A stretch of DNA of 63,677 bases, the filler included, from Octopus bimaculoides (taxonomy: Eukaryota): assembly GCF_001194135.2 (NCBI RefSeq). It is 4 parts of 4 records of this genome, joined end to end, with 100 filler letters (N's around TTAATTAATTAA, not from the genome) between each part and the next. Parts side by side here need not be neighbours in the genome. Positions count along the whole stretch, not along the records: positions 25,935 to 35,370 come from NC_068993.1; positions 35,471 to 51,771 come from NC_068996.1; 2 more parts are not named here. One strand, 5' to 3'. Position numbers and translations under genes: made by a program. Below the pieces are notes generated by a model that saw only the letters and a list, made by a program, of their open reading frames with translations, was not told where the DNA came from and searched no databases. Shown here piece by piece: positions 25,935 to 38,304 of the stretch (its first letter is position 1; every line of letters starts with the position of its first letter).

Positions 25935-27132
25935 ATATATAGATATATGTATATATATATATATATATATAGATATATGTATATATATATATATATATAT
26001 AGATATATGTATAGATATATGTATATATATGTATAGATATATGTATATATATATATAGATATATGTATAGATATATGTATATATATATATATATTTATAG
26101 ATATATGTATATATATAGATATATAGATATATGCACATATACATATGTATTTGTACATACCTACATATATATGTGTATATACATGCATATATGGGTACAG
26201 GACATAAAGAAAAAAAAAGAAAAAAAAAGGAAAGAAAGCATAAAAACAAAAACATAGAAAACAAACTTAGTGGTGCAGCAAAAAGCAACCAATAGTCGAT
26301 TGGTTCGACTAAAAAATTTTTCAAGGGTGGTGCCCCAGCAAGGCTGCAGTCCAATGACTGAAACAAGTAAAAGATATAGTAGCACACTGAGAGAATTTTC
26401 TGCAGTAAAAGAAGAAAACAGACAAAAAGAAGCTGAATAATTGTAAGGATATGATCAATATTGGTAGAACTAACAGGATTAGTCACCAACGCCATGGCTA
26501 AAGAGTCTATACTTTCTCTCCTTTTCTTTATTTATTTGACGCCTTCCTTGTTTCTAATATTTATTTATTCTTGTGTTTGACATTGATGTAGTTTCAGTTC
26601 CTCTTTTTTTTTCTTTTTTTCTTTGTATGAATGTATGTGAGTGTTGTATTAGTCTATGTGTATTTGATCTCTGGTTATAATTAGGTTGCCAATTAAGAGA
26701 ATTTCCGAACCTGAAAATGTAAGAAAGTGTATGTAAGTGCTTCTTCTTCTTCTTCTTCTTCTTCACCAAATGTTTCCTTGTGATAAATGTTATGTTTCTG
26801 TCAGTTTTCTTGTTTTGAGTGTCAATCTAGTTCGATGTTTCAGGCGCCGCACTCAGTAGCAGTCTTGAAGATCAACCATTAAGATCAATAGTTTATGTAG
26901 AAATTGACAGTTAAGCATTAGATAGAAATTACAGAACGCACAGCGCCATTTATTCTGGTAGTAAATAATCATCATCATCATCATTTTGATAATTATTACC
27001 ATCATCATCATCATCATCATCGGTATTACCATCATCATCATTATTATTGTCATAATTGTTGTTTACAATATTGGCAGAAATGTTAGAGCGTTCGACCAAA
27101 TGCCTTGTGGTATTTGTTCCCACTCTTTCCAC

Positions 27133-27338
27133 CAGCGATTTTCAACTAGAGTCCATATAAGATTTTTGGGGGTCCACAGAAACAAAATAGGAAACTTAGG
27201 ACCCACAGTAATTTGTTAAGGGTTCATGAAAAAATTTTGTTTTACATGTATGTATTGCAAGAAACATCTAGACTTCTTTCTCTAAACATTTTAATCAGTT
27301 CAAAGGGTCCTTTGACAAAAAGTCATTGAGAATTCCTG
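27133..27338. mobile_element. Degraded hAT MITE related to 55840-56096
   Basis: Shares gggtccatataagatttt and eroded CAG...caac / ttgaga...CTG ends. Confidence 0.55.
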
Positions 27339-27639
27339 ATTTATACACTGAGTTCAAGTCCCCAAACTTTACCCTTCATCGTCTCTCACTCAATACAGGT
27401 CATATAAATACAGTAAAATAAAATACTATGTTCTATGTACCTTGAGAAGCAATGATCCATTTTAGATGCAAGTACAAACTTTGACAATTAATTAATTACC
27501 ACAAATAATTACATATTTTCTTGACCCTAATAAACAACATATTCTCTTATTTGTTGTTTACTTGACTATTCTGGTTATTTGAGTAAATGAGAAGATATTT
27601 ACTATAGTTTTATTGCTATGCAGTAATCTTATTTGTCTT

Positions 27640-27990
27640 GCATGCTTTTCCCACACTATCAAGTGCAGTGTTGTGTGCATTAGGTATGTGCAGTATTTTG
27701 TTTTGGTTTTGTTGTTGTATTGAATGCATTCTACAGAATATCTACATCACACTTGCAATGCTATTTTCTATATGTTGTGCATATTTCCAAATCCTTAGGT
27801 TGTCATATATTTGTCTGAATATTTTATCATTCTCAAGGTACCTATTATTACAAGAATTGTTTCTCTTTTCAGGCTCCACATTCTTGTTATCTCTATTTCC
27901 AGATCTTTATATTTGTATAGTTACCCTATCTCTTTGATAGATACATTATTATTTCTTAGGTCTGATGCATTCTTTTCTTGTCTCCCCAAT
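27640..27990 (-). mobile_element. Degraded R4/Dong LINE 3' fragment
   Basis: Minus strand KYKDLEIEITRMWSLKRETILVIIGTLRMIKYSDKY... (restriction-like endonuclease tail). Confidence 0.7.
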
Positions 27991-28455
27991 AACAATTTCT
28001 TTTAATCCCAGGACTCATAAGGCCAGTTACCCATTTTCCATGGCTTATAAGTGACTTGAGGTCACAATATTCACCCTGAATGGGATGTCAGTCCACTGCA
28101 GGGTTCACGGTTAGCAATTTTGAGGGGAGGGGACAATTCGATTACATCAGTTCCAGTACTTGAGTGCTATTTAATTTTAGTCTCCCATTCCCCCCTCCCC
28201 CAAAGAATGAAAGGTAAAGTCAACCACAGGGACAATTGAACTCAGAACATAAAGAGCTGGGCGAAATACCACTAAGCATTTTGTCTGATGCTCTACCGGT
28301 TCTGCTAGCTACCCTGAGAGTAGTGGGTATCCAACTGACCATTTCTACCCTCCCATAAACATACCTGTGACTTTGAAAGCTTATGTTTGCGATTAAGTTA
28401 GTTATCAAAATATCCCAAATCATTTCTTAAATATTCCATTGTTTCTATCTTTCAG

Positions 28456-28703
28456 TTGGCACCAAAGTGACAGTACTTATAAGCAGAAAGGATGGGGACA
28501 AAATTTCAACCCTTCTCGACAATGGGACCAAGGTACAGATGCACATTTCACGCCTACAGTCACCAGCCACCCTCAACATCAGCCGTACATCCATATTGTT
28601 CGTATCCATATCATTCATAGTTCTGATGATTATCTCCCTTACGTGGCTAATCTTCTACTACATCCAACGTTTTCGCTATGCTCATGCCAAGGAAAGACTC
28701 ACG
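28456..28703 (+). CDS. RNF150: Internal coding exon of a PA-TM-RING-H2 E3 ubiquitin ligase (goliath/RNF130/RNF150 family): end of PA domain, transmembrane helix and basic juxtamembrane segment
   Basis: Acceptor tttctatctttcAG at 28454-28455 and donor GTAAGT at 28704. Translation (x)[82 protein letters not shown] matches the recalled family signature [32 protein letters not shown]. The symbol is family-level; RNF130 vs RNF150 orthology cannot be resolved here. Confidence 0.93.
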
Positions 28704-28913
28704 GTAAGTGTGACTCATGCGGCCTTTGTTGTCTTTATTTCATTTTTTTTTCTTTTACTTGTTTCAATCATTGGACGGCAGCCATGTGGGGGCAACACAT
28801 TGGAGGATTTAGTCTAACAAATCAACCTTAGTACACAAATATACAAAGCTAAATATACCCTATTATCATTATTATTATTATTATCATTATTATTATCATT
28901 ATCATTATTATTA

Positions 28914-28948
<35 letters not shown>

Positions 28949-28949
<1 letters not shown>

Positions 28950-29162
28950 GGGTGGTAAGCTGGCAGAATCATTTACACGCTGGATGAAATGCTTAGCAGT
29001 ATTTCGTCTGTCTTTACGTTCTGAGTTCAAGTTCCGCCAAAGTCAACTTTGTCTTTCACCCTTTCAGGGTCAATGAAATAAGTACCAGTTATGCACTGGG
29101 GTCGATGTAATCAACTAGTCCCTTACCCCCAAATTTCAAGCCTTGTGCTTTTAGTAGAAAGG
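28949..29162 (+). mobile_element. Family A SINE flanked by (TTA)n
   Basis: Family A head and body; microsatellite on both sides. Confidence 0.8.
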
Positions 29163-29198
<36 letters not shown>

Positions 29199-29562
29199 TT
29201 ATTGTCATTGCACAGCTTCTAACACTGGGGATGTACTACGGTGCCCTTATTTTTCGAGCACCCTCTGGAATATTCGAGTGATTCCAAGCAGTGCTGTTTT
29301 CTGCAAGTGCTCCACCCTTATTGCAGGCCCCTATTTGTTCCATTTACTTCTCAAGATTTTTACTCACTGTTCCCAGGGCTCCAACAATTATTGGTACTAC
29401 TACCACCATTTTTAGCGACCACAACTGCTTAACCTCCCAAGCTAACCTGTTATATCTATCAACTTTTCTTTTTTCCTTATCGCATACCTTGTTGTCAGCT
29501 GGGCATGCTAGATCTATGATCCAGCATTTTGAGCGTGGCCGTTGCCAGTACCCGCCTGATTA
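29199..29562 (-). mobile_element. R4/Dong LINE 3' fragment with (AAT)n tail
   Basis: CWIIDLACPADNKVCDKEKE...LAWEVKQLWSLKMVVVVPIIVGALGTVSKNLEK...HLQKTALLGITRIF on the minus strand. Confidence 0.8.
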
Positions 29563-29753
29563 GCCTTCGTGCCGGTGGCACGTAAAAGCACCCACTACAC
29601 TCTCGGAGTGGTTGGCGTTAGGAAGGGCATCCAGCTGTAGAAACTCTGCCAAATCAGATTGGAGCCTGGTGTAGCCATCTGGTTCACCAGTCCTCAGTCA
29701 AATCGTCCAACCCATACCAGCATGGAAAGCGGACGTTAAACGATGATGATGAT
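29563..29753 (+). mobile_element. Family C (RTE-like 3' UTR) copy, young
   Basis: aggaagggcatccagctgtagaaac...ggaaagcggacgttaaacgatgatgatga. Confidence 0.75.
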
Positions 29754-30333
29754 AACGTTTCTTGACATTTTGGTCTCAAGTTGAGACCACTGATGCAAAT
29801 GGGTGATGTGGGAGGGAGATGGGTTATTTTGTGTCTTCATATTACTGCAGTTAATTAAAATATGCACCAGTTGAAGTACTGGCAAAGTGAGCAGGAATGG
29901 ATGACGGAGAGGAATCTGTCAATGAAAAATCAGTTACACCTGTATACTTGCCGCCTTTACCAACAAAACTTGCAGCTTTGTGCCAAATTTAGAAGTCATC
30001 ATCATCGCCAACACCACCATAATTATCATCATCACTGTTATTGATGTTGTTGTTACTTTTATTATCATATCTTACCTGGGTGTGAAGCTTTAAACAACAG
30101 GTATAGCCAATTGTGTTTGATCCCCTCCTTTTTATCATCTACACCTGTACCTCCTTACCTTGATGGCCAGTTAGCTTATGCCAAATATATGCCACAAAGA
30201 AAAACATTATAATAACATTAATCTACATTAAAAAAATAATAAAAAAATTACAACAACAACAACTGTTATAGCAACTATATTGCATTGCACTGTTTCTTTT
30301 CAAAGTAGAAGCCAAAATAATTCCAATAACCGT

Positions 30334-30398
<65 letters not shown>

Positions 30399-31886
30399 TA
30401 GTAGTAATAATAATAATAATAATAATAATAGGTTTGACCAAATTTCATGTCCTCCTCCACCATCATCAGGGACTCCATTGTTTCCTCTTATCTTTCATCA
30501 TCAGGGGATCTATTGTTTCCTCTCATCATTTGTCTTTAGGGATTCCACTATTCCCTCTTTTCCCTCATCAGTTATCGATTATTAACATCAGTTGAAACCA
30601 GTTTGACTGGTCACCTGTAATAATTACAAATTGATTACAAAAAGCATTGTTCTGATTTTGTTTTGTTTATTTATTTATTATGCTTTATGATTCTCAAATA
30701 GCAATTGGGAATAATCTGGTGAGGGTGGTTGAGACTAAGTGGTGAAATCAGTAGTTTTGTTATGATGCTCCAGTAGAACCTGATCGAATGAAACCTATGG
30801 TACATAGTTGACTGAACAAGGACAATGTGCATTTGATGTTGCTTGGTGTTGTTTATGTTCAACTCTGATTGTTGAGCAGTCTTGTGACTGAAGACATTCC
30901 AACTCTGACCATCTCATAATTTTTGAAACGTATCTAGGTCTACATTTGCTAATGTGTTCTCTCTTTTTAAGACAGTGGTGTGGTGTGATATCGACAGTGA
31001 CCTGGTTACTATTTTTATCAGATAGAACAACATAGACGCTTCCACATTGGCTAGGAGGGTTCCTTCTGTTAGTTGTATCATTGGCATTGATGGCATTAGT
31101 GGTGTTGTGGAGGAGGTGGAGAGTGGATGAGGCCAAGGAAATGGTATTTTTTTTTTTTTTAATGTCATTTCACTAAAGCCTGATCAAATGAAACCTCTGG
31201 TACACACTTGGTTGAATAATAATACAGCACTGTCAATATTGATCGGTATTGGTTGATGTTCAGCCCTGATCGAGCAGTCCTACAACTGAAAGCATTCCGA
31301 CTGTGACCATCTCATCGTTTGAGAAAGAGAGACAGAGAGAGACATATATGCACATATGTATATGAAAGGCCTCTTTCAGTTGGCATCTACCAAATCCACT
31401 CATAAAGGCTTTGGTTGGCCCTGAGGTTATAGTAGAACACATTTGTCCATGGTGCCATGCAGTGGGACTGAATCTGGAACCATATGATTGGGAAGCAAAC
31501 TTCTTACCACAGAGCCACACTTGTGCCTATTAATAAAATTTTTAAAAATTATTTTCCTAAACCTCACCTATTTCTTGATCATTTAATAATGAGTTAAGAT
31601 ACATAAGTAGTCTATTTTTATTAGAGAAATTTAGTCATGAATAAGCTGATGTTTTTTGTGGCTCTATTCCTAAAGAAATACTCTGTATTTCAGGTTATAA
31701 TATTCAGAATAGTGAAGAAATTTGGAGATATTGAGCAAAATAACTTAGTCATGTATTGATCATATTTAGCCTTGCCTTGGTTTAGAGATGCCTTTGTTTC
31801 CATATTTCTATTGAAATTCTCTGTCTTTGAGTCAGTTTATTTTGAAAATGATGAAGAATTTGGTAAAATAAATTCGTTATTATTAA

Positions 31887-32102
31887 CCTTTTGTTACCAT
31901 ATTTTTATTGGAATACTCTGCCTTTGTTTCAATTAATTTTGAAAATTATGATTTTAATAAAATAGCTTTGTCATTATTTGGAACATAAATTAATATGAAA
32001 TTGTGATTGGAAAGTTTTAATTTAGTTCAATTTAAAACAGGAAGTTTGTATCATAGAACAAGGGGGTGGGGGTGATCTCATGCAGGTTGGTAGCAAAAGC
32101 GT
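31887..32102. mobile_element. Second piggyBac-like MITE family
   Basis: TTAA flanks; internal sequence shared with about 14835-15036 and 18455-18510. Confidence 0.55.
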
Positions 32103-33502
32103 TTAATACCTAAAATAAACATAATCGTTGGAATTCACTGAAATTTTGGATAAATTGTTTTAGAAAGATGCTGATAACATTCTTCACATGCTTTGGAAAT
32201 ATTGATTCTCTCAGAATTGTTACATCCAAGCCTCAAAGATGAAGAGTCAAGTTCAACTTCATAATATGAGAAAAGCAAAAAAAAGGAAAATCTTATGTTA
32301 AATATAAAATATAATTTTACTCTTATATGCTTTTATTTTCCAGTTAAACATGCTTTTTTTTTTTTTTTTAAGTACTACTCTAATTCACATTATTATTCTA
32401 ATTGTGAATGAATTATTTTTTCTATTTGTAATTTCTATTACAATGCTTCTGGGTATACAATATTCTTAGTTTTTCTACCTAGAGGTAAAAAGAAATTTTA
32501 AAAAATTCAGAAAATGTCACCACATAATTGATGATCTTCAGCTTGAAAAGAAGTAGTTGTGACATTTTACAAAATTTCAGCTACTTAGATGCAAAACTGT
32601 GGTCCTTAATTTGGAATGAACATACATACACACATACATGCATGCAGGTTTGCACACACACACACATGTGCATAACAAGCATACGTATATACAGATATAC
32701 ATACATTTATACATACATGTCAATTATGTCATTTCTGTGGAAGACCTCACTTGTGATTGGCAGGTCCCCAAGAATGCCATTAAGGTGCTACCTCTCAATG
32801 CAACATGGCGTTGTCACTAAAATATTATACACAGGTATACATGTGTTAAATTTTCTGCTATTAAACTTTAAACTAGTATTAAGAACATATATTATTTCTT
32901 TAAAATCTCTTGGAAAATTTTCTAAGCCAAAAGTCCACTCCTGTAATGATTCCATTACAGAACAGAATAAATTATAGAAGGGAAAGATCAAAATTTTCTC
33001 CCTTACTTAAAAGAGCTCCTTGCTTCCTTCAAAATGAATGTTAACAAGGTTAGTACAACTCTTGTGATATCAGATGTTTCAAGTTTAGCTGACCAATACC
33101 GCTTTGTGCATTAGTGTGTTGTACAGAAAACTATGAGTTAACAAAAGAGTCTTACATAAAATTACAATGGAAGATGAGTCTTATATCAAAGAACCAAAGG
33201 TGAACCATTTTAATTTCATGAGCAGCATACATACATTCTGGTTATATTTTGGTAGAGTCTTATCATTGAAACCTGTAAACACAATCATCTGTTGTTATTT
33301 GTCAATATTCTTTCCTCCCCCCCCCCCCCGAATTTTTCATCACATTGTGAGATCCACGGAAACATTCATCACATCCTATCATCGATGTTGTTCTACGCTT
33401 ATACTATGCTAACACTATCTTCTCTTTATATAGTATAGGTTGTACTATGAAAAACCCAGTCACCATTTCTATCTAAACACTTCCAATTGTTCTTCCTTCC
33501 AG

Positions 33503-33574
33503 AAACGTCTTGCAAATGCTGCTAAAAAGACAATCGCCAAAATTCCTCAGAGGACTATAAAATCTGGAGACAAA
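33503..33574 (+). CDS. RNF150: Next coding exon (72 nt, phase 0-0) of the same E3 ligase, linker preceding the RING domain
   Basis: Acceptor tcttccttccAG at 33501-33502 and donor GTAAGT at 33575. Encodes KRLANAAKKTIAKIPQRTIKSGDK in frame with the previous exon, matching the recalled family segment RRLGDAAKKAISKLQIRTIKKGDK. Confidence 0.92.
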
Positions 33575-33644
33575 GTAAGTGTTTGTTATTATTTTTTTAT
33601 TTTTCTTTAAACACTCAAACATTAAAATTGATGGAAGTGACCAC

Positions 33645-33696
<52 letters not shown>

Positions 33697-34763
33697 GTTG
33701 TTGTTGTTGTTGTTATTGTTGTTGTTGTTGTTGTTGTAAAGGCGGCGAGCTGGCAGGATCGTTAGCACACCTGGCAAAATGCTTTGCAGCATTTTGTCCA
33801 CCTTCTCTTCCTACTTCTCTTCACCCCTACTCTTTCTCTCCTCTCTCTTACTCTCTCTCACTCTCTTATCTCGTACTCCCCCTCTCTCACTCTTACTCTG
33901 TACACTCTTACTCTATTACTCTCTCACCCTTACTCTCTTACTCTCTCACTCTCTTCTCTCTCACTCTCTTTCTCTTCCTCTCTCTCACCCTCCCATACCC
34001 ACCATCCCCCTCTCTTACATCCACCTTCCCTCTCTTATACCCACCCTCTCTCCTCTTCCTCCCTTTCTCTCCCCTCCCATACCCACCTTCCCCCTCTCTT
34101 ACATTCCCCTTCCCCTTCCCCCTTCATCGNNNNNNNNNNNNNNNNNNNNNNNNNNNNNNNNNNNNNNNNNNNNNNNNNNNNNNNNNNNNNNNNNNNNNNN
34201 NNNNNNNNNNNNNNNNNNNNNNNNNNNNNNNNNNNNNNNNNNTCTTCACCCCCCACCCCCACCCAACCCCACTATTGTTTAAGCTAATTATTAATTTTGC
34301 CATTGTTGGTGCTGTTGCTAATATTATTAACTTTGTTTTTTTATCGTAATGTGGTTTGTTATCATCGTTGTTGTTGTTGACTTAGGATTCTTTCCTTTCG
34401 TTCTATTTATAAGTGCAGATTCTGTTGTTTTTGTTCTTCTTGTTATTGTCATCACCTTTGTGGTAGTAGTAGTAGTGGTGGTGGTGGTGGTGGTGGTGAT
34501 GGTAGTAGTAGTAGTAGTAGTAGTAGTTGTAAGGTGGCAAGCTGGTGGAATCATTAGCGTGCCAGGCAAAATGCTAAGCCGTATTCCATTTGTCTTAACA
34601 TTCCGAATTCAAATCCCACCGAGATTGACTTTGCTTCCCCTCCTTTCGGGCTCGATTAAATAAGTACCATTTGAGTACTGGGGGTCAATGTAATTGACTT
34701 TCCCCTCTCCTGAAATTGCTGGCCTTGTGCCAAAATTTCAAACCATTATTATTATTGGTAGTA

Positions 34764-34806
<43 letters not shown>

Positions 34807-34807
<1 letters not shown>

Positions 34808-35328
34808 GATGTCACACAGTATACAATATCATGAGGTTTATTGAAGATACTGTGTCTACCGGAGATTTGTACTGTTTGTCAAGTCATAACAAGGACCTCA
34901 GATGAACAGTACTTTATGCAATATGTGTGCAGTTCCAAGTAATGCCAACTTTTGCAATATATCTAGATTGTAGGGTATCTCTAAGGTTTTCAGATTTTTT
35001 TTGATTTTTTTTAATCAGATTGGGTGGTATTGAACCCAATGCTCCGATGACAATAGGGATAACCTTTATGTTCGACTCTTGTAGCTGCCACATCTTAGCG
35101 ATCTCAATTCTCAGGTCTCCATATTTATCAACTTTTTCTCTTTCTTTCATAATGATATATTGATCTCCTTGCACTGCTACATCAATCATTAGGCACTCTC
35201 ATTTGTCCCTCCTAAAGGTTACTATATCCAGCCTTCGATGCTCTAACACTTTGTCTGTCTGGAAATCAAAGTCCCAGAGGATTTTTGCCTTCCCCTTTTC
35301 ATCCATTACCTTTTCTGGTGTATGTTGG
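34807..35328 (-). mobile_element. R4/Dong LINE 3' fragment (RLE endonuclease) embedded in (TAA)n
   Basis: KAKILWDFDFQTDKVLEHRRLDIV...LMIDVAVQGDQYIIMKEREKVDKYGDLRIEIAKMW...KVIPIVIGALGSIP; microsatellite on both flanks. Confidence 0.88.
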
Positions 35329-35370
35329 TATTATTATTATCATCATCATCATTATTATTATTATTATTAT

Positions 35371-35470
35371 NNNNNNNNNNNNNNNNNNNNNNNNNNNNNN
35401 NNNNNNNNNNNNNNTTAATTAATTAANNNNNNNNNNNNNNNNNNNNNNNNNNNNNNNNNNNNNNNNNNNN
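35371..35470. other. Artificial scaffold-join linker
   Basis: N44-TTAATTAATTAA(35415-35426)-N44. Confidence 0.95.
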
Positions 35471-35508
35471 GGATTTTTTCTTGTGTTTTTTCTTCGTTTT
35501 GGGAGGCG

Positions 35509-35558
<50 letters not shown>

Positions 35559-36445
35559 CACACATATGCATAGCTTAATTTGAACATCTCGCTTACCCTA
35601 TTCATATATTTTTATTTCATTTGTGTGTATGTGTGCGTGCGTGTGTGCGTGCGTGAGCGAGCGTATGCGTGTGTGTGTGCTCAAATTATACTACGTACAT
35701 TTCCACACTGTGATTATTTACTCATTAATGTATTATATGACATGATCATGTAACCAGACTATTTCGTCGGGTAATTTGATCAGTTGATTTTATAAAATTG
35801 ATCAGCGAAAATTCTACTTTGAATTTCAAAACGTTTTATACACCAGTTTTTACATATCAACTATTCAAATTGCCTGACGAAATGGCCTGGTTGTGAGGAT
35901 CGTGTAATACGATACAATAATGAGCAATTAAATATACCATACAATGGAAACGTACGTAGCGTTATTTGAAATACCTCCCTATTCCCATTCTTTTATTATA
36001 TACTACATCGTGTTAAATGTCTCTTGTTGTATACAATGGATTTACTGAGGACTTCATATAATTTAAGTAATTAATATTGTATTACTTGTTCTATTGGTTG
36101 GTTTATAAGTAGCGAGCTTCACTTATATTTCTCCTGAATACTCTGTTAGCCTAATATATGCGGGAGTACTAATGATTTGATTGCCAGGATAGTTTATCCC
36201 CCCTCCCCAACTATTGTATATGCATGTATGAATGTATATATGTATTTACATACATATACATCTATATAAACACACATATAAACACATTATATATATATAT
36301 ATACATACGAATATATGTATATGTAAACACACACACATGCACACACACATATCTTGATATTATGTAAAGGAAAAGGAAAGGAAGATAAACAGAGCGACAG
36401 TCAGATCGAGAGAATATGTCAAGACAAGATTGGAAAATTATGACA

Positions 36446-36495
<50 letters not shown>

Positions 36496-36517
36496 ATGAT
36501 AATAATAATAATAATAA

Positions 36518-36548
<31 letters not shown>

Positions 36549-36753
36549 AAGAAGAAGAAGAAGAAGAAGAAGAAGAAGAAAAAGAAGAAGAAGAAGAAGA
36601 AGAAGAAGATTGATAGTAATAATAACTTTATTATCGGTACAAACACCTTTTTATATGGACAATAATAAACGCATACATAAAGCTTGACGAAACCTGTTGC
36701 TGAGGGTAAAATAAAGTTAAGTACATCATACATACATACATAGATACATGCAT

Positions 36754-36800
<47 letters not shown>

Positions 36801-36959
36801 NNNNNNNNNNNNNNNNNNNNNNNNNNNNNNNNNNNNNNNNNNNNNNNNNNNNNNNNNNNNNNNNNNNNNNNNNNNNNNNNNNNNNNNNNNNNNNNNNNNN
36901 NNNNNNNNNNNNNNNNNNNNNNNNNNNNNNNNNNNNNNNNNNNNNNNNNNNNNNNNNNN

Positions 36960-37011
<52 letters not shown>

Positions 37012-37292
37012 TGTGTGAACATATTTATTATTAGATATACGTTTATACACCCAAACATGAGTGAGAACTTACGAGTTAAGGTTATATCAGGGCACCTGCG
37101 ATTCGTTGTTTTAGATTGGAGTGTACAAAAACAGAGAATCCGTAAGATTTCTTTTTTTTTCTTTCCTCACTGTCCCATTATGAGCTAATGAACGGTGTAT
37201 AACTCTCTAACCCCTGCTTATTTGCCCTTGATTATGAAGAGAAAGAATGTAAACATTCCGGTGTAACCTAACCTAGTTGATAGAGAGTATAC

Positions 37293-38151
37293 GGATCTTT
37301 TTGGTTTGACGGGCAACATTTTTCATTTATGTTTTATGTAGTGTTTTTGGTACCGAAACACTTTCAAACTTCGTATACTTGTATATTTTGTCTTATAGAA
37401 CAGATAAAAAATTTTGTATTCGAAGTTTTCTCATGTAAAAAATTGGTCGTATTTCGGTAATTTCAACCAATCACTGACGTCTATTGAGGTGAAAACAATT
37501 ACTGCCGTAGAATGTAAACAACATATTCTAACGGTGTTATGGGATCTTTTCCCTTGAATAAAATTAGTGTCGTTGTTTGTCAACAACAACTATCGGCGGT
37601 ACTGTTATTTATAACATCGTTCGTGCGTTTGTACTGGTTTTAGCTTTAAGGTTTTAGGGTTAGGGTTCCGGTTTTAGAGTTAAAGTTAGTTTTAGGGTTA
37701 CGGTTAGGGTTATGATTATTTTTGCCATAACCTCACTCATAACCTTAACCCTAAAACCCTATAACTCATAACCATAACCCTAAACCTAACCCCAACTCTA
37801 ACCCTAAAACCCGAACCCTAACCCAAACGCACGACCGATGTTATAAATAACTACCGCCGATAGTTGTTGTTGACAAACAACGGCACTAATTTTATTCAAG
37901 GGAAAAGATCCCATGACACCATTAGAATATGTTGTTTACATTCTACGGCAGTATTTGTTTTCACCTCAATAGACGTCAGTGATTGGTTGAAATTACACAA
38001 ATACGACAACTTTAACATGAAATAACTTATTAAGAACTAATTTTTGTTAAGAAGGCTAAAAGAAAAAAATGTTTTATATGACACATTCTACCAGTATCCC
38101 AGTTTGAAAGTGTTTCGTTAAGAAAACAAGTGTTGCCCGTCAAACCAAAAA
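37293..38151. mobile_element. Fold-back MITE with central inverted telomere-like repeats
   Basis: Ends GGATCTTTTTGGTTTGACGGGCAACA / TGTTGCCCGTCAAACCAAAAA; 8-bp TSD GAGTATAC (37285-37292, 38152-38159); inner arms are long reverse complements. Confidence 0.88.
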
Positions 38152-38304
38152 GAGTATACTACCTTACATGCCAAAGTTGGAAAATTCAACCAGACTCAAA
38201 CATACTAATGGTTTAGAGAGTATTTGTAACGGACACAAAAATTAAAAAGAAAATTAGTAAAGGGTACCAGAGTAGAATTGTTTAATATTAAAAGCTGGAT
38301 TAAA

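Noticed and set aside
37640-37830. True telomere or chromosome-fusion scar
   Set aside because: The repeats lie inside TIRs with an 8-bp TSD and a second family member is nearby, so they are transposon cargo.
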